DNA from: an uncultured Methanomicrobiaceae archaeon
GTDB taxonomy: Archaea > Halobacteriota > Methanomicrobia > Methanomicrobiales > Methanoculleaceae
Length of the DNA: 64,000 nucleotides
Direction: 5' to 3'
Assembly: GCA_963826525.1 (NCBI GenBank)
Contig: CAWGXH010000005.1
Coordinates: 32,001 to 96,000 of the forward strand
Below, piece by piece: positions 23,469 to 36,175 of this stretch. The notes below the pieces were generated by a model. The model was not told the DNA's origin, ran no database searches, and saw only the letters and a list, made by a program, of their open reading frames with translations. Made by a program: the position numbers and the translations under genes. Position 1 is the first letter of the stretch; each line of letters opens with the position of its first letter.

Positions 23469-23906
23469 ATGCCCCGATTGATCCTCCCCGACGAACTGGA
23501 CGGCCTGCTCCAGCTCTACCGGACTCTGCACCCGGAAGACCCGGTCTGCACCGATGCCGCTCGCCTGGAGTCGCTCTGGCGGGAAATATGCGACGATCCG
23601 AATCTCTTCTGCATTGTCCACGAAGAAGACGACATGCCGGTTTCGTCCTGCACCCTCGCCGTCATCAGGAACCTCACGCGGGGGCTCCGGCCGTACGGGG
23701 TGATCGAGAACGTCATCACGCGCCCCGGATACCGGCGCAGGGGCTACGGGACAGAGGTGCTGCACGAGGCGCTCCGCATCGCACGGGAGCGGGACTGCTA
23801 TAAAGTGATGCTCTTGACGGGGGCGAGGGACGAAGGAACCCTGCGGTTCTACGAGAACGCCGGGTTCAAGCGGGGCGTGAAGGCGGGTTTTGTCGTCTCC
23901 CTGTGA
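23469..23906 (+). CDS. GNAT N-acetyltransferase
   Basis: IENVITRPGYRRRGYG acetyl-CoA motif, CYKVMLLTG, FYENAGF. Confidence 0.93.
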   Translation: MPRLILPDELDGLLQLYRTLHPEDPVCTDAARLESLWREICDDPNLFCIVHEEDDMPVSSCTLAVIRNLTRGLRPYGVIENVITRPGYRRRGYGTEVLHEALRIARERDCYKVMLLTGARDEGTLRFYENAGFKRGVKAGFVVSL

Positions 23907-23933
23907 CGCCCTTCGTCCGACCAACGGGGAACC

Positions 23934-24128
23934 CTATTTTGAGACCCTTCCGAATGTCGGGATCTCGTACGGGTAGAACTTGCTCTTCTCTGCAAGGCAG
24001 ACCGGACAGCGCCAGTCTTCGGGCAGGTCTTCAAACGTGGTTCCGGGTGCGATGGTATCGGCCGGCTCGCCCTTCTTCGGGTCGTAGACGTGCCCGCAGA
24101 TGGAGCACTGGTACATATCCATGGTCAT
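23934..24128 (-). CDS. Rubredoxin
   Basis: [12 protein letters not shown]...[16 protein letters not shown]; hidden at the end of a longer spurious ORF. Confidence 0.95.
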   Translation of the reverse strand: MTMDMYQCSICGHVYDPKKGEPADTIAPGTTFEDLPEDWRCPVCLAEKSKFYPYEIPTFGRVSK

Positions 24129-24187
24129 TGGAAGATGGGTATCCCTCACGAGAAGAAAAAGGTGCGGGCTCCGGAGAGAGGTGCTTT

Positions 24188-24736
24188 TCAGATCTCCTTC
24201 TGCATCCAGACGACGTCGAAGGCCACGCCTCGTTTCCTGCCGACGTTCCTGAACCTGCCGCATTCGGTGAACCCGTTCTTTTCGTGGAAGCGGATGCTCC
24301 CAACGTTGCGGGAGGAGATGCCGGCAAGAATGCAGGTGATGCCCCTCCTCTTCCCTTCCCGCTCGAGGTGCGCGAGCATCCGGGATCCGAGCCCCTTTCC
24401 GGTCAATGCCGGGTCGATGAAGTACGTGATCTCGGCGGTGTGAGCAAACGCGGGGATGGGGCTGTGCGGGCGGAGCATCCCGAACCCGGAAAATCGGCCG
24501 TCGGCGTCCTGCACGGCAACCGAGGGGTAATCTCTCGCGATCGCGAGGAAGATATCGAAGAATTCGTACGGCACCTTCTGCTCGGGGTATGCCGCGAAGG
24601 TGTTCTCGATGTAGTAGTTGAAGAGATCGATGACCGCCTCCCGGTCGCCGGCCTCGATCGGCCTCATCGAGCACTCAGGTAGTCTGGAGATCCCATCATC
24701 GGCGAGGTCGCGGTTCATCTGCGCATCGGAAGTCAT
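24188..24736 (-). CDS. GNAT acetyltransferase (Pat/MddA-like)
   Basis: [44 protein letters not shown]. Confidence 0.9.
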   Translation of the reverse strand: MTSDAQMNRDLADDGISRLPECSMRPIEAGDREAVIDLFNYYIENTFAAYPEQKVPYEFFDIFLAIARDYPSVAVQDADGRFSGFGMLRPHSPIPAFAHTAEITYFIDPALTGKGLGSRMLAHLEREGKRRGITCILAGISSRNVGSIRFHEKNGFTECGRFRNVGRKRGVAFDVVWMQKEI

Positions 24737-24830
24737 GCTATCACAGGCACCTGTATCGGAAATAGGATAGATGCTAAACTATTTGGGCTCGCCGCTCTGC
24801 GGGGTGAGCGGGTGTCGGTGAAATCAGTTG

Positions 24831-25364
24831 TTACTCGATAGGTTTGCGGTTGCTCTCCAAAAACCGCTTTGTAACGGCTTCTCTCACTGCAGGGCAGGAG
24901 TCGAGCATCCCTTCGATCTCGCCGAGGACGCGTCGCAGGTTTTTGGCGGCGTCCGGGTCGAATCCGGCGATCTCTTCGACCATTTTCCTGTTCACGGTCT
25001 CGTGGTAGAGCCGGTGCCACGCGAAGGCCTCTCTCCCCCGATCCGTCAGGTGCAGGACGACGGTTTTTCTATCGCCCTCCCTGCCGCCCCGTTCGAGGTA
25101 GCCCTTCGCCGCAAGTTTCTTCGCCGTCTGTGAAACGGCGCCTTTCGTGATGCCGAGCCGGGATGCTATCTCGGAAACGCTCTCGTCCGGGTGCCGTCCG
25201 GCCGCATCGATCAGGTGGACTTCGGAGGCATGCAGCAGGACGCCGTGCCCGATATCGACCGGCTCCCGCTCGATCGCCGCCGCTTTGTTCAGGAGCCGGG
25301 CAATCAGATCCACGATCTCGGTCGCGGCCGCCTCCGAACCCGCCTCGCCTGAATTGTTTACCAT
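24831..25364 (-). CDS. MarR family regulator
   Basis: SEIASRLGITKGAVSQTAKKLAAKGYL...DRKTVVLHLTDRG. Confidence 0.92.
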   Translation of the reverse strand: MVNNSGEAGSEAAATEIVDLIARLLNKAAAIEREPVDIGHGVLLHASEVHLIDAAGRHPDESVSEIASRLGITKGAVSQTAKKLAAKGYLERGGREGDRKTVVLHLTDRGREAFAWHRLYHETVNRKMVEEIAGFDPDAAKNLRRVLGEIEGMLDSCPAVREAVTKRFLESNRKPIE

Positions 25365-25412
25365 GTATACGGTATCCGGTGCGCCGTCCCGGTATCTGAA
25401 GGTTGCCGCTCT

Positions 25413-26162
25413 TCAGACACTGATCTTCCGGAACAGGTACGCCCCGACGACGGTCATGAGCACGGCGCACCCGCCGAGGACGGCGAGGCTGACGAGCGGG
25501 TGTATCTGGGCTGTCCCGGTGAGGCCGTAGCGTATCCCCTCGATACCGTAGGTCAGGGGGTCGGCGAGCGTCAGCGGCCGGAGCCAGGCGGGCAGGCTGT
25601 CGATGGGGAAGAGCGCTCCCGAGAGCCCGAAGATCGGGAAGATCACGAAGTTCATGATGAGCTGGAAGCCGTGCATATCCTCCATCTTCGACGCGATCGC
25701 GATGCCGAACGCGGTGAAGGTCACGCCGATCAGCGCCATGAACCCGACGGCGATCAGGAACCCGGAGAGCCCCGTGGGCTGGAGCCCGATGAAGAGCGCC
25801 AGCACCATGATGATCAGCCCCTGAAGAACCGCCGTCGTCGCTCCACCAAATGTCTGGCCGAGCATGATCTCGAGGCGCGAGACCGGGGCGACCAGGGTCT
25901 CTTTCAGGAACCCGAACTGTTTGTCCCAGATGATCTGGATCCCCGAAAAGACCGAGGTGAAGAGGACGCTCATGGCCACGATGCCGGGGATGATGAAGTT
26001 CATATAGCCCCCTTCCATGCCCGGGATCTGGACGATCGAGTTCAGCCCGAACCCGAGCACCAGCATGAAGAAGAGGGGCATCCCGAGACTGCCGATGATC
26101 CTGCTCTTCGACCGCAGGTACCGCTTGATATTCCGCAGCCAGATGGTATAGACGATATCCAT
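25413..26162 (-). CDS. ABC-2 type exporter permease (DrrB-like)
   Basis: FIIPGIVAM, WDKQFGFLKETLVAPVSR, LSGALFP, DPLTYG. Confidence 0.92.
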   Translation of the reverse strand: MDIVYTIWLRNIKRYLRSKSRIIGSLGMPLFFMLVLGFGLNSIVQIPGMEGGYMNFIIPGIVAMSVLFTSVFSGIQIIWDKQFGFLKETLVAPVSRLEIMLGQTFGGATTAVLQGLIIMVLALFIGLQPTGLSGFLIAVGFMALIGVTFTAFGIAIASKMEDMHGFQLIMNFVIFPIFGLSGALFPIDSLPAWLRPLTLADPLTYGIEGIRYGLTGTAQIHPLVSLAVLGGCAVLMTVVGAYLFRKISV

Positions 26163-26164
26163 GT

Positions 26165-27149
26165 CTACCGCCTCCCTGCCCGGTGGAACATGCGCATCGC
26201 CTCTTTGCCGCTTGCCTCCTCCTCCCGGATCGTCCTCCCCGTATAGTGCAGGAAGACGTCCTCGAGCGTCGGTTTTCTGACCGAGAGCGAGGTGATGCCG
26301 ATGCCTTTCTGGTGTATGGAGGTGACGATCCCGGGGATGTGCTGGTCGGCATCCTGCAGACGGATCGTCACCGAGCCGTCGTGCTGCTCGATCCCGGAGA
26401 TCCACGGGGCGGTCAGGAGACCGGTGACGGCGCCGGGGTCGGGCGAAGCTATGGTGATGACGTCGCCGCCGATCGAGGCCTTCAGGTTCTCCGGGGTGCC
26501 CTGCGCGATGATCGTCCCGCGGTCGATGATAGCCACCCGGTTGCAGAGCCGGTCGGCCTCCTCCATGTAGTGCGTGGTGAGGATGATGGTGATGCCCTTC
26601 TCGTTGTTCAGCCGCTCGATATACTCCCAGAGGTGGTTTCGTGTCTGCGGATCGAGGCCGAGGGTGGGTTCGTCGAGGAAGAGCACCTTCGGCTCGTGGA
26701 GCAGCCCCCGGGCGATCTCGAGCCGGCGGCGCATACCGCCGGAGTAGGTCTTGACGAGGTCGTCTTTCCGGTCTTCGAGCCCGACGAGGGTCAGGAGCTC
26801 GCCCAATCCGCTGCTGGCGCGCCTCCCCCGGGATCCGGTAGAGGCGGCCGTGGAAGTCCATGTTCTCGTATGCCGTCAGCTCTTCGTCCAGGCTCTGGTC
26901 CTGGAAGACGATCCCGATGGACTTTCGGACGCCGTCTTCGTCGTTCCCGATATCGTGACCGTTGACGGTCGCCCCGCCCGAGGTGGGTTTCTGCATCGTC
27001 GCGAGCATCGAGATGGTCGTCGTCTTTCCCGCTCCGTTCGGGCCGAGCAGCCCGAAGATCTCGCCCTCCCCGATGGTGAACGAGATGCCGTCGACGGCGA
27101 TGAACCCGTCGAAGGACTTGGTCAGATTATGTACGTCTATCGCTGGCAT
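26165..27149 (-). CDS. ABC exporter ATP-binding protein (DrrA-like), frameshift ~26805
   Basis: GPNGAGKTT Walker A; YSGGMRRRL signature; LFLDEPT; TTHYMEEAD. Confidence 0.92.
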
Positions 27150-27192
27150 GGGTTGGATTGTCTGGTGGTTCTTCTGTGCCGGGAGTGTCGTC

Positions 27193-27454
27193 TCACTCTT
27201 CCGGCGGCTCTTCCGGAGCTTTTTCGAAGATCTGGAGCATCCTTTCGGTAATCCGGCGGAACTTCTCCGCCTTGACGATGACGATCCCGTGGTCCTCGTC
27301 GCCGAGGACCATCAGGGTCTCGCCGGGTTTGATATCGAAGATCTCTCTGAGCTTCCTTCGGGATGACGATCTGGCCTCGTTCGCCGACCTTGACCGTGCC
27401 GAAGATATGTTTCCGGTCGTTGGGGCCGCGATGGCAGTGGTGGTTATCGAACAT
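27193..27454 (-). CDS. AbrB/MazE/SpoVT DNA-binding protein, frameshift ~27349
   Basis: GTVKVGERGQIVIPKEA then REIFDIKPGETLMVLGD in the shifted frame; first gene of the ABC operon. Confidence 0.88.
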
Positions 27455-27588
27455 ATGGGTACCTCATTGGATAATTCACACTATTCATACTAATGTGATT
27501 TGCCATACCTTATTAAACCTCCCATCAGGAAGAATGCAAAAACCGTGATGCGAGGAAAAAGGCGCCCGCTCAACATCTCGCCGAACCC

Positions 27589-30238
27589 CTACTCCGGCCG
27601 CTCCTCTTCGAACCGGTAGGCGCCCTCCGGCACGGTTATCTCGAACCGGGTACCCTTGCCGGGCTCACCCGTCTCCCTGATGGTCATCCCGGTGATCGCG
27701 AGGATCTCGCGTATCAGGAACAGGCCGTAGCCACGGTTCCTGCCGACCCCGCGTGTGAAGATCTTCTCTTTCTGGTCGGCCGGTATTCCGATGCCGTCGT
27801 CCTCCCAGACAATGACGACATCCTTGCCGGAGGAGCGGCAGTACACGTGTACTCCGCATGCCCGCTCACCGTGGCGGATCGTATTGTCCATCAGGTTTGA
27901 GAAGACCTTGTCGAGCATCCGGTCGGCATAGACCAGAAGTCCGGAAAGGTCGCACCTGACCGGCAGTTCTCCGTCGACGGCGCGTGCGACCGCCGCAGAG
28001 CTGCTCTGCCATCCCGGTTCCGCGGTGCCGACCTTCTCACAATCACGGGTGAACTCGATCTGCTGCCGGATCGTCTCTGCAATCTTCTCAAGCCTCCGGA
28101 GATAGTCGAGTTGCTCCGGGTCGCTGCCCCGCTCCTGTGCAAAACCGAGGTATCCCGAAAGAGCGGTCACCTGGTTGAGGATGTCATGCCGGGTGATGGC
28201 CGAGAGGAGGTGCAGTTTCCTGTTTGCGAGACGCAGCGCCTCCTCTGCCCGCCTGTGATCGGTGATATCCCGCACAACGCAGATCAGCCCCCCACTCTCC
28301 AGGGCGGTGAGCGATACCTCCTGGGGGAACGTGCTTCCGTCTTTCTTCTTCCCCCTGGCCGTGCCGCGGTAATGCCCGACTCGACCGAACTCCGGCATGA
28401 TCTCCTGTTCGAACCGCAGGAGTTCATCGGCGTCGTACAGAACACGCCATGTTCTCCCGATGAGTTCTCCGGGATTGTCGTATCCGTATATGTCGGCGTG
28501 GGCTCTGTTCATGTAGCTATAGTTCTGATCTGCGTCGAGGATGGCCATACCGTCGATCGCTGTTTCCATGGCGTCCGTCTGCTCTCTGAGCCTGTCCTCA
28601 AAGCGGATGCGCTCGGTGATGTCGGTTATATAGCCCTCAAGGGCGACGAGGTCGCCGTCCGTATTGATGATCCCGCGCCCCTGCTCCCAGACCCACTTCT
28701 CTTCGCCGCCCCGGGTGGTCAGGCGGAAGACCAGCTGGAATGGCCTCTGCTCCGCTACGAGCTGCCTGCACCTCCTGCCAGACCCGCTCGCGGTCGTCGG
28801 GGTGGATCAGGTCGCCGTAGACGACCTTCCGGCTCCCGACGATCTCATCCGGGGCGTAGCCGGTAAGGTCGACCGCACCTTCGCTCAGAAACTCCATCGT
28901 CCAGTCGCGGTCGTTCCTGCAACGGTAGGCCATCCCGAGGAGATTTGCGAGTAGGGTTGAGAGCCGCCGTTCGCTCTCTGCCAGAGCCTCCTCCGCTCGT
29001 TTCTGCTCGGTGATATCCTCGGCCACGCTTAGCATTGCAGACGTATCGCCCCAGGTGACTGCCTGTGCGTGCACAAGGAGCGGGAAGGTCGTGCTATCTT
29101 TCCGCCGGTGCGCAACTTCGAATATTGCTTCGCCCGTCTCGGATAGTTGCTGTATCCGGGGCTCGATCAGGTCGGCGGATGCCGGTGCGTCCAGGTCGTG
29201 CAGATTGATGGCGAAGAGTTCTTCCGGAGAGTAGCCGTGCAGGTCATACGTGCGCTGGTTGGCATACAGGAACCGCCCCTCCATGTCATGGACGGTGATG
29301 GAGACGGGGCGGTGTCTACAATCCGGGCAAGGATGCTTCGCTCCTCGTCTGCACGCTTCTTTTCGGTGATGTCCACGAGGGAGGCGACCGACTGATCCGC
29401 CTCCGGAATGAGGCCGACGGTCAGGTGAATGTACTTCACCTCTCCGGAGCGGTCGAAGAACCGGAATTCATACTGGTTCGGCACGTCCGGAAGGCCGGCC
29501 CTCCTCCTCTGGTGGTTGTGTTTCATCCGCTTAAGGTCGTCCGGGTGCACGAATTCCGTCCACTGTTTCGTTCCTTCAATCTCGCAGCGTGAGAACCCGG
29601 AGAGTTGCTCGAACGCACTGTTTGCGAGGGAAATGGTCATGTCGTTCTCGATGATGATCGTTGCCGAACCGGTATTCTCAAATATTCCCCGGTACTGGTT
29701 CCGGGACGCCCGCAATGCCTGTTGCGCAGCGGCGATCTCCTCTACCTGCTGGCGCATCTCCTCTTCTGCGGCGGCGAGCCTGCTCGTTTGCGAGGAGCAG
29801 TTCGTCGTGCCGCCGCTGCAGTTCCCGTTCCGCACGCCTGCCGGCGACGGCGCGGCGTATCTTATGCTGAAGTTCGGCGAACTGCGCCTTCGGGTCGCCG
29901 CCTTTCTGGACGTAGAAGTCGGCCCCGCTGTTGAGCGCCTCGACGGCCACCTCTTCGCGCCCCTTCCCGGTGAAGATGATGAATGGAATATCGTTTCCCT
30001 GCTCTCGAAGGTGCTGCAGGAGCTCGATGCCGTCCATGTCCGGCATCCGGTAGTCCGAAACGATGGCGTCGAACCGCTTCCGGCCGAGCATGTGAAGTGC
30101 TTCGAGTGCGCTCTCCGCCGTTGTTACGGCGACCCCTCCGGACCTCTCCAGAAAGAGTTTCCCGATATCGAGCAGGGCGGGCTCGTCGTCGACGTATAAG
30201 AGAGAGATGATCGCCGAGCAGACCCCGTCGGGAACCAT
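27589..30238 (-). CDS. REC + multi-PAS sensor histidine kinase, several frameshifts
   Basis: LLYVDDEP...IVSDYRMP REC; four PAS-like segments; LSAITRHDILNQ H-box; NLMDNTIRHG, DDGIG, GYGL; start codon uncertain. Confidence 0.85.
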
Positions 30239-30503
30239 AGTGAATAATAGCTGCAAATCAGCCATAATCCTATCGATCGCATCGTGCCGCGGAAACGCCC
30301 GCATACACGAATTCTGCCCCTTTTCGTTCCGGTGGGCGGTTACAAAGAGATACGGGAGCGCTTCGCAGGCGAGTTATACCTGGAGTACAGCCGAAAAACC
30401 CCTGGCCGGAACCGTAGTCGACGCGTCCGTCAATGCGGGTCTGCTCGCCTGCATCGTACCAGCACTTATTATCCGAATATGACCATTTCTTAGTGAAGAG
30501 CAG

Positions 30504-31401
30504 ATGTACAGCCGGTTGAAGTCGACGATCTATGAGTTCCTCGAGCCGCACCCCGAGAGCGGTGGCGCCGGCCGACTTTTCGATATCTTCATCATGGCGC
30601 TGATCGTCGCCAACGTCATCGTGGTAATTCTCGAGTCCGTCGATGGGATTGCACTCCGCTACGCATCGTTCTTTATCGCCTTCGACCTCTTCTCCGTCGC
30701 CGTCTTCGCGATAGAGTACGTCCTCCGTCTCTGGGCGTGCACGGCAAACCCATTATTCCGGGGTGCCGTCTTCGGGAGGCTCCGGTATGCGGTAACCCCG
30801 CTCGCTCTCGTGGATCTCTTCGCGATACTGCCGTTCCTCATCCCGATGTTCATCCCGCTCGATCTCCGGTTCATCCGGGCGATCCGGCTCACGCGTATCT
30901 TCAGGCTTCTCAAGATGGGGAGATACACGTATGCGGGCGGCATGCTTACGCGGGCGATCAACAGGGAGAAAGAGGTCATCGCCATCCTCTTCTGCGGTCT
31001 CGTCATCCTGCTTGTTCTTGCTTCTGAGCATGATGTACTACGTCGAGTATGAGGCGCAGCCCGAAGCCTTCTCGAGCATCCCGGCTGCTATGTGGTGGGC
31101 GGTGGCCACGCTGACGACCGTGGGCTACGGTGATGTATACCCGATCACCCCGCTCGGAAAACTGATCGGGGGGGTGATCGCCCTCATCGGGGTTGGAATG
31201 GTCGCGCTGCCTGCGGGAGTCTTCGCCTCCGCATTTATGGAGGAGGTTCAGAAGAAACGGTCGGAGCGTGAGACGAATCCACCCGGGAGGACACCTGAAG
31301 AGATTGCCGATCTCCTCGAACGGTTCTCGAGACTGAACCAGGCGGGCAGCATCAGCGACGAGGAGTTCCTCGTTCAGAAACGCCGTATTCTTGGGAAGTG
31401 A
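30504..31401 (+). CDS. Voltage-gated-type potassium channel, frameshift ~31025
   Basis: S4 LRFIRAIRLTRIFRLLK; filter TLTTVGYGD; C-terminal SHOCT-like GSISDEEFLVQKRRIL. Confidence 0.92.
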
Positions 31402-31498
31402 TCGCGTTGGTGGAATCTATTTCTACCAGGAAGTCTACCACTCAAAGAAGACCGTGAGACCCTCTCCACCTGCCGGAAAGGATTCGCCGGGCGGCGGC

Positions 31499-32396
31499 AT
31501 GATACAGACGCTCCGGGCGCTTCTCGATCTGACGCGAGCCCATTTCATCTTCGTCTGGCCCCTGCTCTTCTGTTCGGGGCTCCTCTTAGCGTTTGATATC
31601 TACGGATATTTCTCCTTCGGGACGTTGATCCTGGCGGCATTCATCGGCCTCTTCGGCTTTGAGGCCGGACTTGTCCTCAACGACTACATCGACCGGAATC
31701 TCGACAGGAGAGACGTCGACGGAACACTCACACGCTACTGGAGACCGTTTCACGAGCGGCCGCTGCCTTCGGGGAGGATAACTCCCGGGGCTGCGCTCCG
31801 TCTCTTCCTGCTGCTCGCGGCCGCCGCCGCCGTCCTGATCGCCCTCCTCCCCTACCCGCACTCCCTGTATGTCGCCGGGATTATGGTATACGCCTACGCA
31901 GCCGAGTCGTTCTACCAGGTGAAGAAGAGAAACCAGACGGTTCCGATCGCCCAGGCTGCTCGGAAGAACGGATTTCGCACTCTTCCCGGTCGCCGGTTAT
32001 CTGGCGGCGGGCAGCCCGGATATCACCGCGCTGCTCTATTTCCTCTTCTTCTATCCCTGGACGCTCGCACACCTCGCGGTCAACGACATGGCGGATATCA
32101 CAAACGACAGGGTCAAGGGGATGGCGACGATCCCGGTGCTCTACGGGATGGACGGCGCGGCACGGTGGGTGCTCCTCTTCACGGCGGTTCACGGGTTCCT
32201 CGCTATTATCTTCGCCGCGGCCCTCGGCCCGATCGCCGCCGGCGGATTCGCTCTCGGCTTTCTCCTCCTCCTCGTGGCGAACTATCGTATCCTGAAAGGG
32301 AAGACTGCCGATGCGGCGATGCGGGTGCTCCCGCTCTTTCACGCCTCCCTGCTCATCTATATCGTCGCGATCATCGCCGATGCCGTGGTTCCGTAA
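31499..32396 (+). CDS. UbiA family prenyltransferase, frameshift ~31958
   Basis: NDYIDRNLDRRD, ERPLPSGRI, NDMADITNDRVKGMATIPV. Confidence 0.9.
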
Positions 32397-32485
32397 GACC
32401 GATGCCCTGCGGTCGCGAAATCTCAAATGGAAACTCTATAAGTATTTCTTTAGCCTGCATACCCCGTATGAAGGACGTAATCGGC

Positions 32486-33113
32486 ATGAAACCGTCTCAC
32501 CTGAAACTGATCCTCCTGACGCTTGCTATTCTGCTCGGTATTGGCCTCTGCCTCACAGCGGGCTGCACATCGAGCCCGACGGAAGGGCCGGTAACGACGA
32601 CGACTCCGACCGCGGCGCCGGTCGATGAAACCACGGTGCCGACAGCAGAGGCGGGATTCCTCAGCCGCCGCTGCGGTTACCTGCTACCGCAGTCGCCTAC
32701 GAAAGCCTGATCGCGCTCCTGCCCGCCGCACCTGCCGGCTGGACGGGAGACGAGCCGGTCGGCGGGAGCATGACCGCTGCCGAAGGGCAGTGGAGCTCGC
32801 CGCACGTGACTACACCAAGGGTGATGCAACGGCGGCGGTCGTTATCCAGGACTCCGCCTACCAGGAGGTCGGGCAGTGGGCAGTTTGGGATACGCTCACC
32901 TCGATCGAAACGACCGAAGGCTACTACCGGCAGGGGCACGACCGGTGGCTATCCCTCGTGGGAAGTCTACACGAAAGCCGGCCTCCTACGGCAGATGGGT
33001 CGGGGTGAACGACCGGTTCATCGTTATCGTCAGTGTCGAGGACGGGACGACAGCAGGACCTCGAGGCGTTCGCGAGCGCGATCGATTACCAGCGTCTCGG
33101 GAACCTGGGATAA
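32486..33113 (+). CDS. Putative lipoprotein, several frameshifts
   Basis: Signal with lipobox LTAGC, Thr/Pro-rich linker, fragments VIQDSAY...GYYRQG and WVGVNDRFIVIVSVE. Confidence 0.6.
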
Positions 33114-33326
33114 TCCCGGGTTCTCCCTCCTCTCCCGTCTCGCAGCTCTGTTCCCGCCGCACGCCAGGACCGCAAGTTCGGACAGAACCCTTTTGTTATC
33201 TGTTTCCATGCGGGGTGGGTCGACCGCATCCGCGAGGCATGTGCCATACCTCGATCTGTTGTCTCGTTCGCGACAAACCCTTTATGAACCCTCGTGGTCA
33301 ACCATACTGCCAAGCGGAGGGAGAGC

Positions 33327-35574
33327 GTGAAGTCACTATTTCATCTGATCGCCGGGCTGATCAACCGCAGGCCTCTGGCAGTCGCGGCAGTCTTCATGCT
33401 CGTCTTTGTCATCGCATTGTACGGCATGGGCCAAACAACGATGCAGACGGGCAGCGATACCTACATCGATAAGGACACCACGCGGGGTGCTCTGCTCGAT
33501 ACATATACGGATACCTTCAAATCCGACGCGGTGATGCTGCTCATCGAGTCCGACAGCATCCTCGACCCGGAGAACCCTGGCATACCTCGACGCCCTCCAG
33601 GCGGACATCGCCCGCGGACAGCACGTCACCGGAACATCGAGCATCGTCGATCTCGTCAAGCAGGTCAACGGGGGCGTGCTCCCTACCTCGGAAGCGGATA
33701 TCATCCGTGCCAAAGAGCGTGTCCCCGCGGAACAGCTCGCCCGCTTTGCCCCGTCGAACCTGATGACGGTCGGGATCGTCACGCTTGAGCCCGGCCTCAC
33801 CGAGGAGGTCAAGACGGAGGTGCTCAACGATATGGAGTCGCGGATACGCCTCTCCGATACACCGCCTGGCGTGCAGGTGACCGTATCCGGGGATGCCGCG
33901 TTCAGCAAGCAGATGAGCGATGAGATGAGCACCAGTATGGGCGTCCTCATCGGGGCGGCCATGCTGCTGATGGTGCTCGCCGTCGCTCTCCTCTTCGGCC
34001 ACGTCCGCTACCGGTTCCTGCCGGTCTTCGTTGTTGCCGCCGGCCTTATCCTGACGTTCGGGATCATGGGGCTTGCGGGCATCCCGATCAGCATGGTGGT
34101 CATCGGTGCGTTTCCGGTGCTCATCGGTATCGGGATCGATTACGCCATCCAGTTCCAGTCCCGTTTCGACGAGGAGATGCAGTCCTCGACGATACCGCAG
34201 GCGGTCGTCACCACCGTGGCAAACTCCGGCCCTGCCATCTTCTACGCCATGGTGGCAACCTCGCTCGGGTTCATCGCCATGTGGATCTCGCCGGTGCCGA
34301 TGGTGCGTGACTTCGGGCTGATATGCGTTATCGGCGTTGTCAGCTGTTATCTCTCGGCGCTTATCATCGTCCCCACCTTCGGCACCCTGATCAAGTACCG
34401 TCCGAAAGCTACGGGAGGGGTCGCTGGCGGTGCGAGCATGGAGGCCTACGACCGCCTCCTTGGGAACATTGCCGGAAAGATTGCGAAGAACCCGATACCG
34501 CTCATCGTCATCCTCGGCGTCGTTGCCGTCGTGGGCGTCCAGCTCGATAGCCGGATCCCCATCAACTCCGACGAGGAGTCCTTCGTCCCCTCCGATATGC
34601 CGGCAGTGATCGATCTGCACAAGGTCTCGCGGGTGATGGGTTCGACCGAGAGCATGCCGATCTTCGTCCGCGGCTACGGGGTGACGGAGCTCGACGGCCT
34701 CGAATGGATAAAAGAGTTCCAGGATTACGAACTGGCGAATAACGACAAGATCACGTCGGCCACCAGCATCGTCACCTACGTCCTGCAGTACAACAACGGC
34801 ACCATGCCCGCGACGGATGCCGAGGCTGCCGAGGTGCTCGGGCGCATACCGGAAGCGACGCGGGATCAGTATATCAGCGGCAACACCGAGGCGATCATCG
34901 AGTTCGGGCTCGTGGAGATGGAGAACGATGTTGCTCTCTCGCTCGTGGAGCGGATGAATACGGATATTGCATGGATGAGTCCGCCGCCGGGCATCACCGC
35001 AACCCCGACCGGGATGCTCGAGATGTTCACCAACCTGATGAACGATATCGCGAAGAGCAAGACCACGATGACCCTCCTCGGATTCGGGCTGATCCTGCTC
35101 TTCCTGATCTTCGTCTACCGGAGGTTCACTGCAATCTCGCCGATCATCCCCATCATCTTCATCGTCGGCTGGAACGGTGCAATTATGTTCATCCTAGGAA
35201 TCGACTACTCGCCGATGACGGCGACCCTCGGGTCGATGACGATCGGCGTGGCCTCGGAGTATACGATCCTGATCATGGAACGGTACCAGGAAGAGCGCAC
35301 ACGCGGCAGGGAGAAGGTGGAGGCCATCCGGCAGGCCGTGCAGAAGATCGGAACCGCCATCACCGTCTCGGGTATGACCACCGTCTTCGGGTTCTCCGCC
35401 CTGCTGCTCTCGTCGTTCAATATCATCAAGAACTTCGGCGTGGTGACGGTCATCACCGTCGGGTTCTCGCTGATAGGCGCGATCCTCGTGATGCCTGCCG
35501 TCCTCTCCCTGATGGGGCGGTTCTCGAAGAGTGCCCCGGCAGGGGCGGTGCACGAGGAACAGCCGGCCGCATAA
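33327..35574 (+). CDS. RND/MMPL (HAE3-type) efflux transporter, frameshift ~33575
   Basis: Two halves with GIGIDYAIQFQSRFDEE and GVASEYTILIMERYQEE; about 12 TMs; GTG start. Confidence 0.92.
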
Positions 35575-36124
35575 CTCTTTTCTGTTCGCGACGGCCGGCA
35601 GTCGCGGCGAGGCCGAATGCCACCATCCATGTCGTGGGTTCCTGCTGTTGTGAGATGGGAGGGGGTGCACCTGCCTCGTCCGGTGCGGTGTTGAGAAAGA
35701 GGGCGTATGTCCCCGACTCCGCAAGAACCGCTCTGACGGATCGGGCATCGGTGTTCACCGCGGCCGGAATGGCGACCCACCCAAGCGAGGTGTTGTACCG
35801 TCTGACGGGGAGATCTCCGCCCGTGTCTGGCTGCCACGCGTCCCCGTCGAGCGTGATTCGCAGCGTCGCCGGGGGATCGAATGCGAGGCCGTCGGGCTCG
35901 ATACGGTATCCGTAGCCGATATACGTCCCGGCAGTCGCGAGCACCTCCGCCCGGTTGAGGGAATCGAGCCGTATCGCGTCGTCTGTCGTGCCGTCATTGC
36001 TTCTCACCGTCCCGCCGGATGGGATCGAGAAGGATGCTGCATCATCGCCGGAGACGATCCGTTGGCCCGATGTCGGCGGAACTGCAACGCCCGCGATGAC
36101 GAGGCTTGCGAGGAGCAGATGCAT
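35575..36124 (-). CDS. Cell-surface hypothetical protein (ZU5-like beta domain, C-terminal hydrophobic tail)
   Basis: Hydrophobic N-terminus; IEPDGLAFDPPATLRI...GWVAIP...GTYALF; 3' end uncertain. Confidence 0.55.
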
Positions 36125-36175
36125 ACCGGTAGCAAGGAGACTCCCAGTTATGAGCCGTACTGAAAAAAGGTGGGG

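Noticed and set aside
25413-27149. 578-aa ABC ATPase-permease fusion
   Set aside because: Created by the frameshift near 26805; the middle part is out-of-frame sequence and the permease has its own ATG at 26162
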